DNA from: Lobosporangium transversale
Taxonomy: Eukaryota
Length of the DNA stretch: 64,000 nt
Assembly: GCF_002105155.1 (NCBI RefSeq)
Contig: NW_019028979.1
Location: 1,178,001-1,242,000, forward strand
Direction of reading: 5' to 3'
The position numbers and the translations under genes were made by a program. Shown piece after piece: positions 12,491 through 25,636 of this stretch (position 1 is the first letter of the stretch; the number at the start of each line of letters is the position of its first letter). The notes under the pieces were generated by a model. It was given only the letters and a program-made list of their open reading frames with translations, was not told the DNA's origin and made no database searches.

Positions 12491-14353
12491 ATGCCAGTTC
12501 CGTTTCTGGCAAGGCACCGCTGCCAACAACAGCAGCAGCAGAGCCAAAAAAGGTTCCACTTGGTGCAAGTCTCTATATTTGCGCTTCTACTTGTCTTAGC
12601 TGTCGCTCCTCGGTGTACTGCAGCAGTAAGCTTTTTTTTTATTTTTTTTTCTATTTTCTTTTTATGCGTGGCATGTCAGCAAGTCAGCAAGTCAGGGACA
12701 AGGAACAGTGTCACTCCGCATCACAAATGAATATCGGCGGCAAATCATGGAAGTCTTTGTCAATACGGTATCCATGGTTCAGAACTCATCAAGGAATATA
12801 CACCTATAAAGTAGATAGGAGTGATTATCTATCCGCCTACTTTTACATCGCCCATTATTCAAATCCAGACATCATTCGATTTCTTTATTGAACGAAAGAA
12901 CCAAAAATAAAGCCAAAAGTTGTTCGATCAAGTGTTTCACAACATGGCAATTTTGTGTAATCGAACGAAATTGACAATTTGTCGAATCCTAAATTTTGTC
13001 ATTTCTCTCATAAAACTTTTTTTCTTTTTTTTTTTTTTCCTCCAAACAAGTCTGACGAAGCACACTCTGCTTACATATACCGCCACCCAGGACAGACTAT
13101 CAAGCTCTATCAACGTCAAGTTATTCCTCCTGTTATCGGAACTAATTCACCAAGTTCTGTAAGTGAATCCAAAAGCATTCTCCCTTCTTTCTTTTTTATC
13201 CAATTTATTCGCCCCATCCCTGACTGTCCCACACACCCTGTCAACATCGTGCTCAGTTTTTTGTTTTCATGTCTGGAATGTCTCTGTTGGACAGACATAC
13301 GCCCGAAAAGGGAAAACAAGGGGAAAAGAGAGCTTTTTTTCTTTTTGACGTGGAAAATTCAGTTCAAGGATTAACAGTGTGTAAGAGAGAAAACAAGTCT
13401 TTCCTCTCTTAAATCTCTCAAGTTGGAACCTAAAAAGACTAATCGATGCCAACAACCATCAACATCCATGGACTAGGAAAAAAAAAAAAAAAAAAAAAAA
13501 AAAAATTAAGGCCAACACACCACTTGAATACCATGACTGAACTCTTTTTTTTTTTTTTTTTTTTTTTGGTGATCAATAGAGTGATCCTCCTACAACCTCG
13601 TCGACTACGGTAGATGTGCCGTCCCCAACTACGCCTCTTACTCCCTCTACACCCACTTCAGCTAGTACTACCACTTCGAGCGTGCCTGTTCGACCTAATA
13701 CGTCCTTGCATAACTCGAATTCTCGTACTGCTACTCAGACCTTGACATCAAGCACAGGAGTCAACACAGCACCAACTTCGTCCCCTTCTAAAACTGCTGA
13801 AGCAGCTAGTAATCACCTTGTTGTCGCAGGAGCAGCTGTAGGAGGACTAGTGTTTGCTATTGGTGTAGGTATTATTGCTTTTCGATGCACCATGAATCGG
13901 CGAGAGAGACAACGTCGGAATAAAGAGATGGCTGCAACCTTGGCAGAGAACTTTGACCGAGGTGGCGATCCTATTGGCACACCAAGAAAAGGATACTTGG
14001 AACTCAGTGATGGTCCATCTACGCCGGTACCTGGAAGAGCAGGCGCTAATCTGTCAAGACAAGGATCTCAGGATGCTTATTATGCACACAAGGAAAGCGG
14101 TGGGGGACAGCAAGACTACTATAACCCTCACTACGTTCAGGAGCGGTATGGAACTGCACCGACTGGCAACTATGGCATGTATGAAGAGACTGAGTTATCA
14201 GTGATGGGAAATAGTCACTCAATGGCGTACCCATCTACCAGTGCACCGAGCAACCATTATGGAGGCTATAATGACTATGGCAGTCACCATGATGCTGGTG
14301 GATATTATGGTGGAGCTGGGTCACAGCCTCCTCGAGGTCCTCAGGCCTATTGA
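12491..14353 (+). CDS. Single-pass membrane protein: hydrophobic N-terminal signal, Ser/Thr-rich ectodomain, TM helix, Tyr/Gly-rich tail (Mid2/Wsc-like architecture)
   Basis: Exons 12491-12625, 13051-13158 and 13580-14353 join in frame via GT-AG. TM VVAGAAVGGLVFAIGVGIIAF is followed by basic RRERQRR. Confidence 0.75.
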
Positions 14354-14790
14354 ACCCTTGATAAAAAATAAAAAAAGCATATGAACGATGTAAAGACAGG
14401 ATCCTTTATTATTTTTAATTTTACTTTTTCAATGTACCATAGAAAGCCCTAGTCTGGTTAATAAAAAAAAAAAGTATATTTTGTTGAACGGAGTGCATTC
14501 ACAGTACTGGAGAGAGAGTGAGGAGCCCTTGATTCCAACAGTAATGGAATCAAGCGTGGCTTGGCGCAAAAATGGACATTTGTTACTGAGATCTGTCCCG
14601 CCCCTTCTCCTTGGAGAGTTTCCCCTTTTTTGTGTAGCGGTCTTTTATCTTTCATCGCTACGCGCCATCACCAAAGAAGCTTTTTAGCATTTCTCTCTTT
14701 CTCCCTCATCTACCTTCTTTTCTCTTTATTTTACTATTCTTTGAACTTCATCTTCCTCACTAATATATAGAAAGTGTATTACAGAGTATT

Positions 14791-15004
14791 ATGTCCATGG
14801 CATCTACACCACGCTCTATTCCTCTGACTTGTTCAGGTCATACGCGTCCTGTTGTCGACTTGCAATTCTCTAGGGTCATGTCCGATGGTACCTACTATAT
14901 GATCAGTGCATGCAAAGGTAAAGTCTCTTGTCTTTTTTAGATTTGGTTTCACAATCCCTTTTATGCACATGAGGTCGACTGCACAAAAGAACAATTAAAC
15001 ATTG

Positions 15005-15035
<31 letters not shown>

Positions 15036-15631
15036 TCTTGACATTGTGGATTTGGTGCATCAACAGATGGCAATCCTATGCTCAGAGATGGACAAACAGG
15101 AGATTGGATCGGAACGTTTATCGGACACAAGGGTGCTGTTTGGAGCGCACGTATGAGTACTGATGTCACAAAGGCCGTTACCGCTTCTGCCGACTTTACA
15201 GCGTACGTGAAGGGAAAAGGATGGAATAAGCTTTCCCTTTTCTCCTTTTGGCCCCCGGAATATTAACAAGATGCTTCTTTTTCTTTTTCTTTTCTTTTCT
15301 TTTCTTTTCTTTTCTAATGTATTATGGATGATAGTAAGGTCTGGGACACATATACCGGTGAAACCTTGTACTCATTCCCTCATCAACATATTGTTCGCGG
15401 ATGTGATTTCTCTGGTGATGGCACTCGTATTGTAACCGGTGGCATGGAAAAAAAGCTGAGGATTTTTGATCTCAACAAAGAAGATCTGACCGGCCAGCCA
15501 TTCCTTGTATCAGAGGGCCATTCTCAAATGATCAGGAACGTCGTTTGGGATGGTGCACGGAACATGATTTTAAGCTCTGGAGATGATATGGAAATCAAGT
15601 AAGGACATACAAGCATGCCTTTGTTTTTTTA

Positions 15632-15678
<47 letters not shown>

Positions 15679-16344
15679 TTATTTTCCTCTTTCTTATTGT
15701 TCCTGGATTCCTAGATTGGGAATATATTTGTTTGACATTTTAATTGTGATTTTTCTGCTATTGCTTCGTTAGAGTATGGGATCCTCGCTCTTTTAACCAG
15801 GTTCACTCTTGTAAGATGGATGGACCTATCGCCTCCATGGAATTATCGGCAGATGGACAATACATTACCTCTACCACTGGAAAATCAGTTTACTTCTGGG
15901 ATGCTCAAACGTAATGATCTCATTTTCCCTATCTTCTTTGCAGGCTCCGATATGTCATTATTGTCACCCTGTGTTGAAAGTATCTTGGCTCGCTGACTTT
16001 TTAATATTCTATTATTATTTATTGCCAACGATGTCAACATCAGCTACACATTAAGAAAACACATTAAGACCGAATATGATGTCTCGGCTGTATCTTTGCA
16101 TCCCAATCACACTCGGTTCGTTGCTGGAGGATCCTCAGATCTCTGGGTGCGTATTTATGATTTTGAATCAGGTCGTGAGCTCGAAGTCTATAAGGGACAC
16201 CATGGTCCTGTTCACACCGTTAGCTATAGCCCCGATGGTGAATTATATGCAACAGGATCCGAAGATGGAACAATCCGCCTATGGCAGACAACACCTGGAA
16301 AGCGTTATGGTCTCTGGCAAGGAGATGGTAATGAGGATGCATAG
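14791..16344 (+). CDS. STRAP: WD40 protein STRAP/UNRIP (serine-threonine kinase receptor-associated protein)
   Basis: [80 protein letters not shown]; 5 exons. Confidence 0.92.
15639..15677. repeat. (TTA)n microsatellite in a STRAP intron
   Basis: Visible tandem tta units. Confidence 0.85.
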
Positions 16345-16686
16345 ACAAAATACCTTTTTTCACAAGTTAGAAAATAGTATCGCTCGCTCGACGCAAAGCT
16401 GGGGGAAAAAATATGAAACAATAATAAAAAGAAATTTGCAAGAACAATAACAGGGGTAAGAACGCTAGTTCTTGTATGGATTATGACAGTACATGTTTAT
16501 TGTAAGTAATGTTCAGGCGATAACGAGAATCTGTAAAGTAGGACCTGTCCTGTTGAGAAAGCTTAATGAAAGGTCAATCCTGTACCTTTGTCTTTTATTT
16601 ATCTTTCAGTGTGTTCAGTCCAGATGTTGCTCTATTTTTTTTTTTTTTTTTTTCTTATTTTATTGCCTCACTTTTACCACTGCTGA

Positions 16687-17259
16687 TTATTTTCCAAAGC
16701 CGTTCTTGCTGTTGCCGTAGGAGCGCTTGCCGATATTGAAGGGGATATAGCGGTACTTGATCATATGCCTGATTTGACGCTTCATCGTCAAGGTGAATAG
16801 AATACAAAAGTAGATCAAAAGAATAGGCCAGAAAACAGGGATGTCAAATACACGGAAAAGCGTGCAGACAAATGCAACAATGATTGCTCTTGTGGCAGAG
16901 TGCCTATTGAAAGAAAAAGACGATTTCTTGTTTGTTAGTATCAAGCAAGTCAAATAAAAGCTTGATCATCCACCCTTCTTCTTGCGGATTCTTTCACTCT
17001 AATTAAACTTTGTGTAATATCCTGCCTACTTGAAGGCAATCTCCAATAATCCCCACGCACACTCCTCCTTGATCTTACATTGCCACGTTTGATTTTTTTT
17101 TTTTTTTTTTTGCTTTTGCATAATCTGTCGATTTGGGAGCCCAAACAAGGTCATCTTGTGTTCCCCTCTTTCCTGTTGTTGACACTCGTGCAGCATCTCT
17201 TCTTCAGATAGGGAAAACATGTTCTTATTAATGTCCCCAGATCTCACAACAATTGCAAG

Positions 17260-17290
<31 letters not shown>

Positions 17291-17330
17291 GTAACCTTCA
17301 TTTCGCCCAATCGTCCTCGGATTTTTATCA

Positions 17331-17361
<31 letters not shown>

Positions 17362-17888
17362 AAAGGATAAATATTATTAAAAATAGTAATAAATAAACGT
17401 TACCAGAACTTGAACTCCGGCAATCTTCGAACAAAAGGTCTGAATTCTTCGTCGGATCTTGTGGGTAACATGGGGCCACCTTCCTCTACTTCATCAGCAG
17501 CCATGTCCATCTCAAGAGAAGGGTCGAACTTTGGTTGCAAGAAGGCCAAAAATAAGTTGAGCAGATAGATGCCTAGGGCATAGGTGACGATGTACCAGCC
17601 TTGTGCATAAATGACACGAATAAAGTAGATCAAAAGAACCACGCCCGTAAAAGCCCAACGTTCTGGAGTGTGAGGGGTCACCTTGTCGAGGATGATTTGG
17701 TAACGCTAATAATAGTAAGAGGAATTTCATTCGAAAGCCGAAGATTTATAACATCAGATAAGTAAAAATGAAGAAAGAAAAAAAGAAAAAAAGCTCTTCT
17801 TTGCTGCTCACTACGATTTGTTGACAATGAAAAAGTATTTTGTCCACTTTTGGGGGATCATGAAAAGAACGAAGAGAAAAGGATATTT

Positions 17889-17932
<44 letters not shown>

Positions 17933-18232
17933 CATTATCGACTTGATACTCTTTTCCTGATAAATGCCATGTAATAATCAATGGACCCTGGCTGGTGCCT
18001 GCCAGAGTGCGCCAAGACAAATAAAAATAAAAAGAATGTCCACAGCCCCTTTGTCATCTTTAAAGCAGATCCGTTTTTTGTCTCCTTCCTCGCCTTGATG
18101 TCCTGATGAGAGTCATCATTTGTTAGGCCAGATGTCCTGATGTAAATTTCATTCCGATATGCTCCTCATGTCCTGGTTGATGATGAATCTGATGAGAAGA
18201 AACACAACAAAAAGAACACATCATCTCATAAT

Positions 18233-18267
<35 letters not shown>

Positions 18268-18430
18268 CTTATTCTGTGCTCTCCCCTTTATATTTTGTAT
18301 GCTAATGACAAGAAAGGAAAGTAGGAGAGAAAAAAAAAAAAAAAAAAAAAAGATGAATTTGGCTTACCTGCTCGATGGCCGACTTTTGGGCCCAAAAAGT
18401 ATTGGCTTCCTCTGGTGGATCAGTATTCAT
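16687..18430 (-). CDS. RER1: Golgi-to-ER retrieval receptor Rer1
   Basis: Three exons (18430-18368, about 17706-17403, about 16903-16687); GWYIVTYALGIYLLNLFLAFLQPKFDP, EEFRPFVRRLPEFKFW, DIPVFWPILL, QIRHMIKYRYIPF. Confidence 0.95.
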
Positions 18431-18503
18431 TTTTCTTTTCTTGAAAGGAGTATTAGATTAATAGATCCCTTGTCCTGTAGTCTACAGAGTAAAGAGAAAG
18501 AGA

Positions 18504-18534
<31 letters not shown>

Positions 18535-18793
18535 TATATGTATTGGAGGGGGAAGAGAAATTAAGTGGAAATCTGCCTGACTTGAAATAGTCGTAGTCGT
18601 AGTTAATAGTAGTAAGGAAGAGCCGAAAGATGTTGTTCTAAAGAAAGGGCCGATTAATAAAAAAAAGAAAAGTTGTTCATGGGAAGAACAAGAAATATGA
18701 AAGTATATATTAATAGCTTGTCAATGTCAAATAAAAAAAGAAAGTCATGTATTTGTTGCATCTTTACATCAACAAACCAAAATATTACAAAAG

Positions 18794-18826
<33 letters not shown>

Positions 18827-19427
18827 TAAATGATGGAGTTGAAAGGGCTGATCTGATTAGAATGACAATGGAGATGATTAGGAGAAAAAGAATATTAAAA
18901 AAAAAAAAAAAAAAAACATGCGATACGCTGGTGGTTTGATATGTATTAAAGATCCCCCATTTTTTGTTGTCGGAGCAGTCCGACGATCGAACCAAAAGCA
19001 ATAGCCAAACTCCGTGGGGGAGAAGAAAAAGAGCTCATGCAATATTAGATCCTTGGATCCTTCCCCCAGAAGAAAGTGCCACGTTGAAGGAAAGACAACA
19101 ACACGCCATATTCCCTTCTTTTTAATAATAGATACTGTATCTTCATCAACTTGTTACCTTGCATCCCCATTCGTTTATATACATTTATATACATGAGTAT
19201 TGATGTTTATATGAAAAGGAATCTTCTCACGAAGAAGAAGATACGTCATCATTTTTTTTTTTTTATTGCACCTTTTTTTATACAAATAAAAAGTAGAGCG
19301 GAGAAGAGAGGAGAGGAAAGGACAAGCTTTGCTTTCCTTTTTTTTTCTTTTTTTTTCTTTTTTTTTTTTTTTCCCTACTACTATTTTGTCACAGGAAGGA
19401 ATGTGGATCACATAAAGATCCTTTGAC

Positions 19428-19754
19428 CTATTTGATTTGAATAAGCTCAACCTCAAAGATCAAGTCAGACTTGGGAGGAATAACATCTGGGATTCCATTT
19501 TCTCCATATGCATAGTCATAAGTGATGTTCAAGATGGCCTTCTCGCCCAGAGACATCTGAGGAACACCTTCTTCCCAACCACGGATAACGCGACCTACAC
19601 CGATGGGGGTCTCGAAGGGCTTATTGCGGTCGTGAGAAGAGTCAAACTTGGTTCCGTTTGTAAGGGTACCAGTGTAATGCATGACGACTGTCTGACCACG
19701 GGTGGGGAAGGTCTTGCCATCGCCGGGTGAAAGGGTGGTCTTGGTAACGCCCAT
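19428..19754 (-). CDS. FPR1: FK506-binding peptidyl-prolyl isomerase FKBP12 (108 aa)
   Basis: [58 protein letters not shown]. Confidence 0.97.
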   Translation of the reverse strand: MGVTKTTLSPGDGKTFPTRGQTVVMHYTGTLTNGTKFDSSHDRNKPFETPIGVGRVIRGWEEGVPQMSLGEKAILNITYDYAYGENGIPDVIPPKSDLIFEVELIQIK

Positions 19755-19803
19755 GTTGATGATGATACTTGAGAATGAAGAGAAAAAAAATAAAATGATG
19801 AGG

Positions 19804-19836
<33 letters not shown>

Positions 19837-20233
19837 TCAAGGGTCCCTTATCATTGCACAAATCAGTGACGCGAAGAAAAGAATGCTTACAATCTAGTGT
19901 ACATGTACATGTACATGTACAGTACACACTAGACATGGTGTGGCTTGTTTGTACACCTGTCGCGCGATAGGTCGCGACTTTGTGGGGCGAATGTCTGGTC
20001 CGTAGAAAACAGCCGCGCACTGGCTATTTATCAGGGGAAGGCTCTTTTTTTTTTTTTTCTCATCTAATCAACTTTTACTTGTACAATTTTTCTCTCACCC
20101 TTCTCTCTTCCTTCCACATCTTCTCTCGTCTCTCTACTATCTTTCATTCTTTCTCTTTTCCTCTCTTTCTCTCTCTCTCAAAAATAAAGACTAACCTTGA
20201 CGATCTATCAACCCTAATCTCAGTTAAAATAAA

Positions 20234-21795
20234 ATGGCAGACGTGTCAAAGGATTTCAGAGCAACATTCGACCCTGAAAAACAAAGTAAGAGCATATAGT
20301 GAAAGCCTTGTCAACCTTGGGGGGTTTTTATTATTATTTATTTATTCCAGAATTAGTGAACAAATGTGATGGATGTGTATTATATCATTGTTGTTTAACA
20401 ATTTTTAAAATAAAACTTTTTTTTTTATTCTTTGTTTTTGAAAGGCATCGAGAACGAGCTTGCCAACTTGGACAAGGTTCCTGTGGGTGAAAGACAGCAA
20501 AAGATCGATAGCCTTGTCCAACGCATTCACGCGTTAGAGAAATCAATCACTGCAAACATTGGAGTAATCTCACCCTTTGATGCCCGTGTTTGCCTGGAGG
20601 TAAAATACCCGTATTCAATTTGTTTATTATTGTTATTGCAGTTATTTTCCCTTTTTTTTTTTTTTTTTTTTTTTTTAACACATTTTACCCTTCGTTTGAA
20701 AATAAAAAATAAAAATAAAAATAATCAGGCTGTCAGTTCTCTTTCCACGACACTAAGCCAACTGCGCGTTCAATTGATCCCCAAGCCAAAATTCACGTTC
20801 AAGTCACGGAAGGCTATATCTCCTTCAACCTTAGCCGTATCCGAGTCTGTCTCAGCCAAGGACTCCTCCAAGTCACAAACTTCTCATGTGGACGAGTCAA
20901 TGTTTATGAAATTTGAGAATCGTACCAATGAGCATCTTTACATCGGCACCCTATTACAACAACAACAGCAGCAACAATCCAATTCAATGGAAGAAGTTTA
21001 TCTGGGAGGACTTCCTGTTACTACAGAAAACAAAGCTTTGAATGCTGATAGCAGTGCTGCAGAAACAACGGAGGAGCAAAAGCCAAAGGATGTCGCCTTG
21101 ACGAACTTGACTGATTGCACCATCAACTTGTTGCATGATAACACACCTTTGGGAGCTATCCATATCCGTAATTTGAAGCGATGTACCCTGGTCATTCCGC
21201 CAGTCTCTGGAAGTATCCTTCTGCACGATTGTGAAGGATGTGTTCTCATTGGAGCATGTCATCAGGTATGTTGATTTACCTCTATCCATAATATGCTTTA
21301 CCAGACTGGATATCAATCGCTGAAATGTTAATTTTTTTTTTTTTTTTTACATAGTCACGCATGCATACTTCAACTGACATGGATATCTATCTCCATGTTA
21401 CCAGCGAGCCTATTATTGAGGATTGCACCAATATGCGCTTCGCTCCTTACCCATATCATGATCTCTTCCCTACTAGTGTCGCACCGGTCCACGATATTGG
21501 CGCTACTGCTGCAACGACCTTTTCACCTGAATCTGGTGATCCAAGACTCAATCGTTTGTTTGAGTTAGCCAAATTGAATCCTCAAGTCAATTATTTTGAT
21601 CGTGTCAAAGACTTTAATTGGTTGCGACAGCAAAAGTCACCCAACTGGCGTGTGGTTGACTCGAGTGAGATCAAAGAAGGAGTTGCTCCTTTGGTTCTTA
21701 TCAAGGATGAGTTGGCAGAACATCAGTTGCAGCAACAACTGCGACAACAACAACAAGGACTTAGGCTCAAACGTTTTCCTGTGGTTGCGGTGTGA
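20234..21795 (+). CDS. TBCC: Tubulin-binding cofactor C
   Basis: N-terminal helical part ending PKPKFTFKSRK; C-CAP motifs PVSGSILLHDCEGC, ACHQ|SRMHTS, LHVTSEPIIEDC, FAPY, VKDFNWLRQQKSPNW; 4 exons. Confidence 0.92.
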
Positions 21796-22056
21796 CAACG
21801 ACAGCATTACTTGACCATCATAAGCAACTTTATGCAATGGAGAGGAAGCTTGAAAAGAAGACAAGCTGAAGAGAGTGGTGATGTGCCTTTATTTATTCGG
21901 GAGAACAAGCGTCCTTGTTATTAGAAACAGAATATAAAAAAAAAAAAAAAAAAAAAAAGTTGTGCAATTAAGGTATACAAAAGATGGTTGAGAGAGAGGG
22001 GAGGTTTGGCTAGCCATAATAGAACTTTTTTCTGGATGATGTGCAAGTGGTTTTCA

Positions 22057-23217
22057 CTAAAAGATCTCGAACTCAAGCTATCAACGATCATCGTTATAAA
22101 AAAAAAATGCATGTGTGAGCCAACGTAAAAAAAAAAAAAAAAAAAAAAAAAGAGCTGTTCTATTTTTCCGTAATAGACACAAACATTCAAAAAAAAAAAA
22201 ATAAAAAAAATAAAAAAAGACTTACGTAGATCATCCCCACTTTTTGTGGGTCTCGAAGATGCATTCTCGCAGGATGGTAGATTTGTCTATTTTCCTGTTC
22301 AATAAATTCCTCCATTCTCCGGATGGCACGTTGGTAATGTGTTCCAAAGCAATGTTTGGCAGTATATGCTGTCAGGCAGTCCAGTAATGTATCTAGACAG
22401 TTAAGCATCGATTGTTCTGCATCCCGCATGCATTCATTGATTCCTTCTACAGTCTTCTTAAACTGTTGAATTGAGATCTTTTTTGTTCCCAAATTTTTTT
22501 TACAAAATTAGATGTATGATTAGGTTACTTTTTCGTGATAACAGACAAGTATAAAAAATAAGCGGGGAGACCCTTTTTTTTTTTTACCCGTCCAACAAAT
22601 TCTTCAGGGAACTGCTCATTGTCAAATCGCGTGGCCTGGTCTGCCAGATTATGGTCTCGGTCTACCCGGACAATACATCGGGGGATCCCTGTAGGTGGTT
22701 CTGACAGACGCTGGTAATCAGCACTCTGGTGTTGCTGTTGCTGTTGTTGTTGTTGATGACTATTATTTGCCTCCGTCTCTGTTGAGTGATTCTGGGCTCC
22801 TCCTGGTGAAAGAGGAGATGGTAACCGAGGTTGATACTTTGGTTGCTGTGTAGTAATATTTTTTGGTAAAGACGGCAATTCTTTAGTTTTTATGGACTGA
22901 TTCATTATCCCCGTTGTTGTTGATCCTGTCCCTGACCCTGTCCCTGTCCCTGTCCCTGACCTTGACCTTGACCTTGACCCTGCTTCTACTTCTCCTTCTG
23001 CTTCTGCTGTAGCTGCAGATATAATTATTGTACGGCCTTGATAGGAACTCGCGGTTATTGGAGATTCTGTACTACTTCTGTTACTATTAGTATTTCTATT
23101 GTTTTCATTATTATTAATGTGAAGCATCGATAGAGGGATGGATGTTGAGAAAGAAGAGTCTTTTGATGGCTGCGGCTCTGAAGGTGGTTGCCATTGTGAA
23201 GGTAATGCTGTGTTCAT
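22057..23217 (-). CDS. ERF4: Erf4/Golgin A7 family palmitoyltransferase accessory subunit
   Basis: IVRVDRD...FPEEFVGR|ISIQQFKKTVEGIN...LLDCLT...EFIEQENRQIY...LRDPQKVGMIY|LEFEIF*; low-complexity N-terminus. Confidence 0.85.
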
Positions 23218-24248
23218 AATGATTTCTTTTATTTTGTATTTTATTCAACTTGATGTGTGAGACAATGTGTTGAGTGGTAATGTTGTTAGATGTTTTATGC
23301 GTATATGCTGCGATGATGGAGCTTTATTTTTTTTTTTTATTATTATTATTTTTTGTAATGAATGAACAAAGTCATCAAGGCGTGGAGTTTGCCATTGCCT
23401 AAAGTTGGGAGGTTGATTGTATGAATGAAGTTGTCAACAAGTTTTACAGCAAGTCTTATACGTAAAAAAAAAAAAAAAGAAAAAGAAAAAGTATGAAGGA
23501 GACAAAATAAAAAAAAAATAAAAAAAAAAAAAAAAAAAAGCTTTTGGTCCACTTTGTCCATAAAACTTTATAGTGTGTGATAAACAGGCCTGTTAAAAAC
23601 CATTTGTGCTCGAGCTAATTGGGCAAGGTCCAAATGAAATATTGTTCATGTACCGCGGTAACAAGATCGCAGATTTAATAGCAATGATGAAAAGATAGAC
23701 GGCATTTGTGACCAATTGCCAGCCTTAGTTCAGAAGCCAAGGAAACGTGAAAGCAAGGTGAGATACAAGTAGAACTGGGACCCAGAAACAAAAAAAAAAT
23801 TTTTTTGAAGGAAGAGAACATTGCGAATGATGTCGTCGGGACTTTTGCAGCCATTCTGTGATAATCAACCATTTCACTTTTACTGCAGAGCCAGTTTAGT
23901 AAATTTTTACAGTAGCTCAGTTGTAAACTTCCTATTTGGCACATGACTATGTCGATCACGACGCGAACAGGATCTAAATGGCCACTGGTTTGCTAGACAG
24001 GTAATAATAACAGCTCAAAGTCGAAGTAGCCGCTTTGGTTTTTTCTTTCTTTATTCCTAATTGGTTTGTCCAATGTGACCGAGCTTTTCTTATTCTGGGA
24101 ATCACTTTGCGTCCATTACGTACAAGCGTAACCGTTTCAGTATACATCTTCTTCCTGTCGAACTGCATCTCCTGATCGATACTTCTTTTTCTTTTTTATT
24201 ATCCCAATCTTCCAGAAGTAACGATGTCTCTTCATTTTACTCTTCTCC

Positions 24249-25320
24249 ATGTCTGCTCTAACATCAACTATTTATCGACCCAAACTCAATAGTTCGGTCC
24301 AAACTAATGGATGCAACAAAAATCAACAGCGAATTCGCTTGAGCTCACAACCACTACAGCCGGAACTACAGTCACAGGTCTCCGAGACCAAGACTATCCT
24401 CGCATACCATACTCTGACCTCGTTATCTTTTACTCATATTCAATTCTCTCCGTCCAAAAGGTTTTCTAAATTTTTCGCCTTTATATCCCTCTCTCCTTGG
24501 GGAATTCTATGTGGGAATCTGGCCATTATCCTTGCGATGCGAGATCTAGTGCCCCTCATCGTGTTTCTAGGACAAGTCTTGAATGAAAGTGTCAATCGAT
24601 TTCTAAAGAAGATTAAGCAAGGTCGACCCACAGGTAAAAAAAAAAAAAAAAAAAAAAAAAAACTTACTTTTTATTTTTGCCTTCAAAGAATACCTTGGAG
24701 CTGGATACGGAATGCCTTCAAGCCATGCACAATTTATGGGTTACTTTGCATCTAGCATTACCATCCTAATGTACCAAAGGTAAAAAAACCTAACAAAAAA
24801 TCATGCCATGTCAAAGCAAATGCAAATAAAATAAACTTTTGTTGATCTTTCTTGTCTTAATCCATTTTCATAAAGAGGGACGGCACCGGACGCTATTTTT
24901 CCACACATTACTGCTGGCTTCATAATCATCTGGGCTCTTTTGGTTATCTACTCTCGGTAAGGTTCTGCTTTTTCGTAACAGTTGCATTCCAACATCTTAT
25001 TGCCTTTTTTTTGAGTTATTGTTAGGCCCATAATACTCATTTTTTTATTATGTTAATGTCTATAACATTGAATACCAAGTGCCCATCTTTATTATCATAC
25101 CTGGCAGCAGGTCGTCGTAGGAGCAATCTGTGGAATTATATTTGCGCTGATGTACTTTTCCTTCATCAATAATGTATTACGCCCTTGTGGTTTCTTTGAC
25201 TGGATTGTGGATCATCCATGGTCTCAGCAACTGTACATTCGTGATACAGATGCCATCTCAGACCGAGCTTTGTCTGACTGGGAGACATGGCGGCAGCTTC
25301 GCATGCACAAACACCGCTAA
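24249..25320 (+). CDS. CAX4: Dolichyl pyrophosphate phosphatase (PAP2 family, Cax4/Cwh8/DOLPP1-like); start uncertain
   Basis: SLSFTHIQF, GQVLNE, KQGRP, GYGMPSSHAQFM, YSR|AHLYYHTWQQV; 4 exons. Confidence 0.85.
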
Positions 25321-25636
25321 TAAAAAACTATTAGCTAAACATTGATCCTAAATTAAAATAAAAGACAGGTTCTCTTTTACTCTCCTGAATGAATGAAATT
25401 TCTTTACATGACACACAGGCTTCCAACTTTTCAGCGGACAGCCCGCCAAATGTTACTTGGTGCCGCAAAACTTTTGATTTTACATTCCTCTCAGTTACAA
25501 TCGCATGTTTTTTTTTTTTTTTTTTTTTTATTATTATTGTTATTAGGGATATTTAAAAGAGAAAATTATGGAAATATATTACAAATCTGTTGGAGGGAAT
25601 AGGAAATTGTTGCAAAAGCTTTTTGTGAGTCCTACT

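Noticed and set aside
18100..18205. Hammerhead ribozyme (CTGATGA...GAAA)
   Set aside because: No stem II between CTGATGA and GAAA, and no flanking stems I or III could be built.
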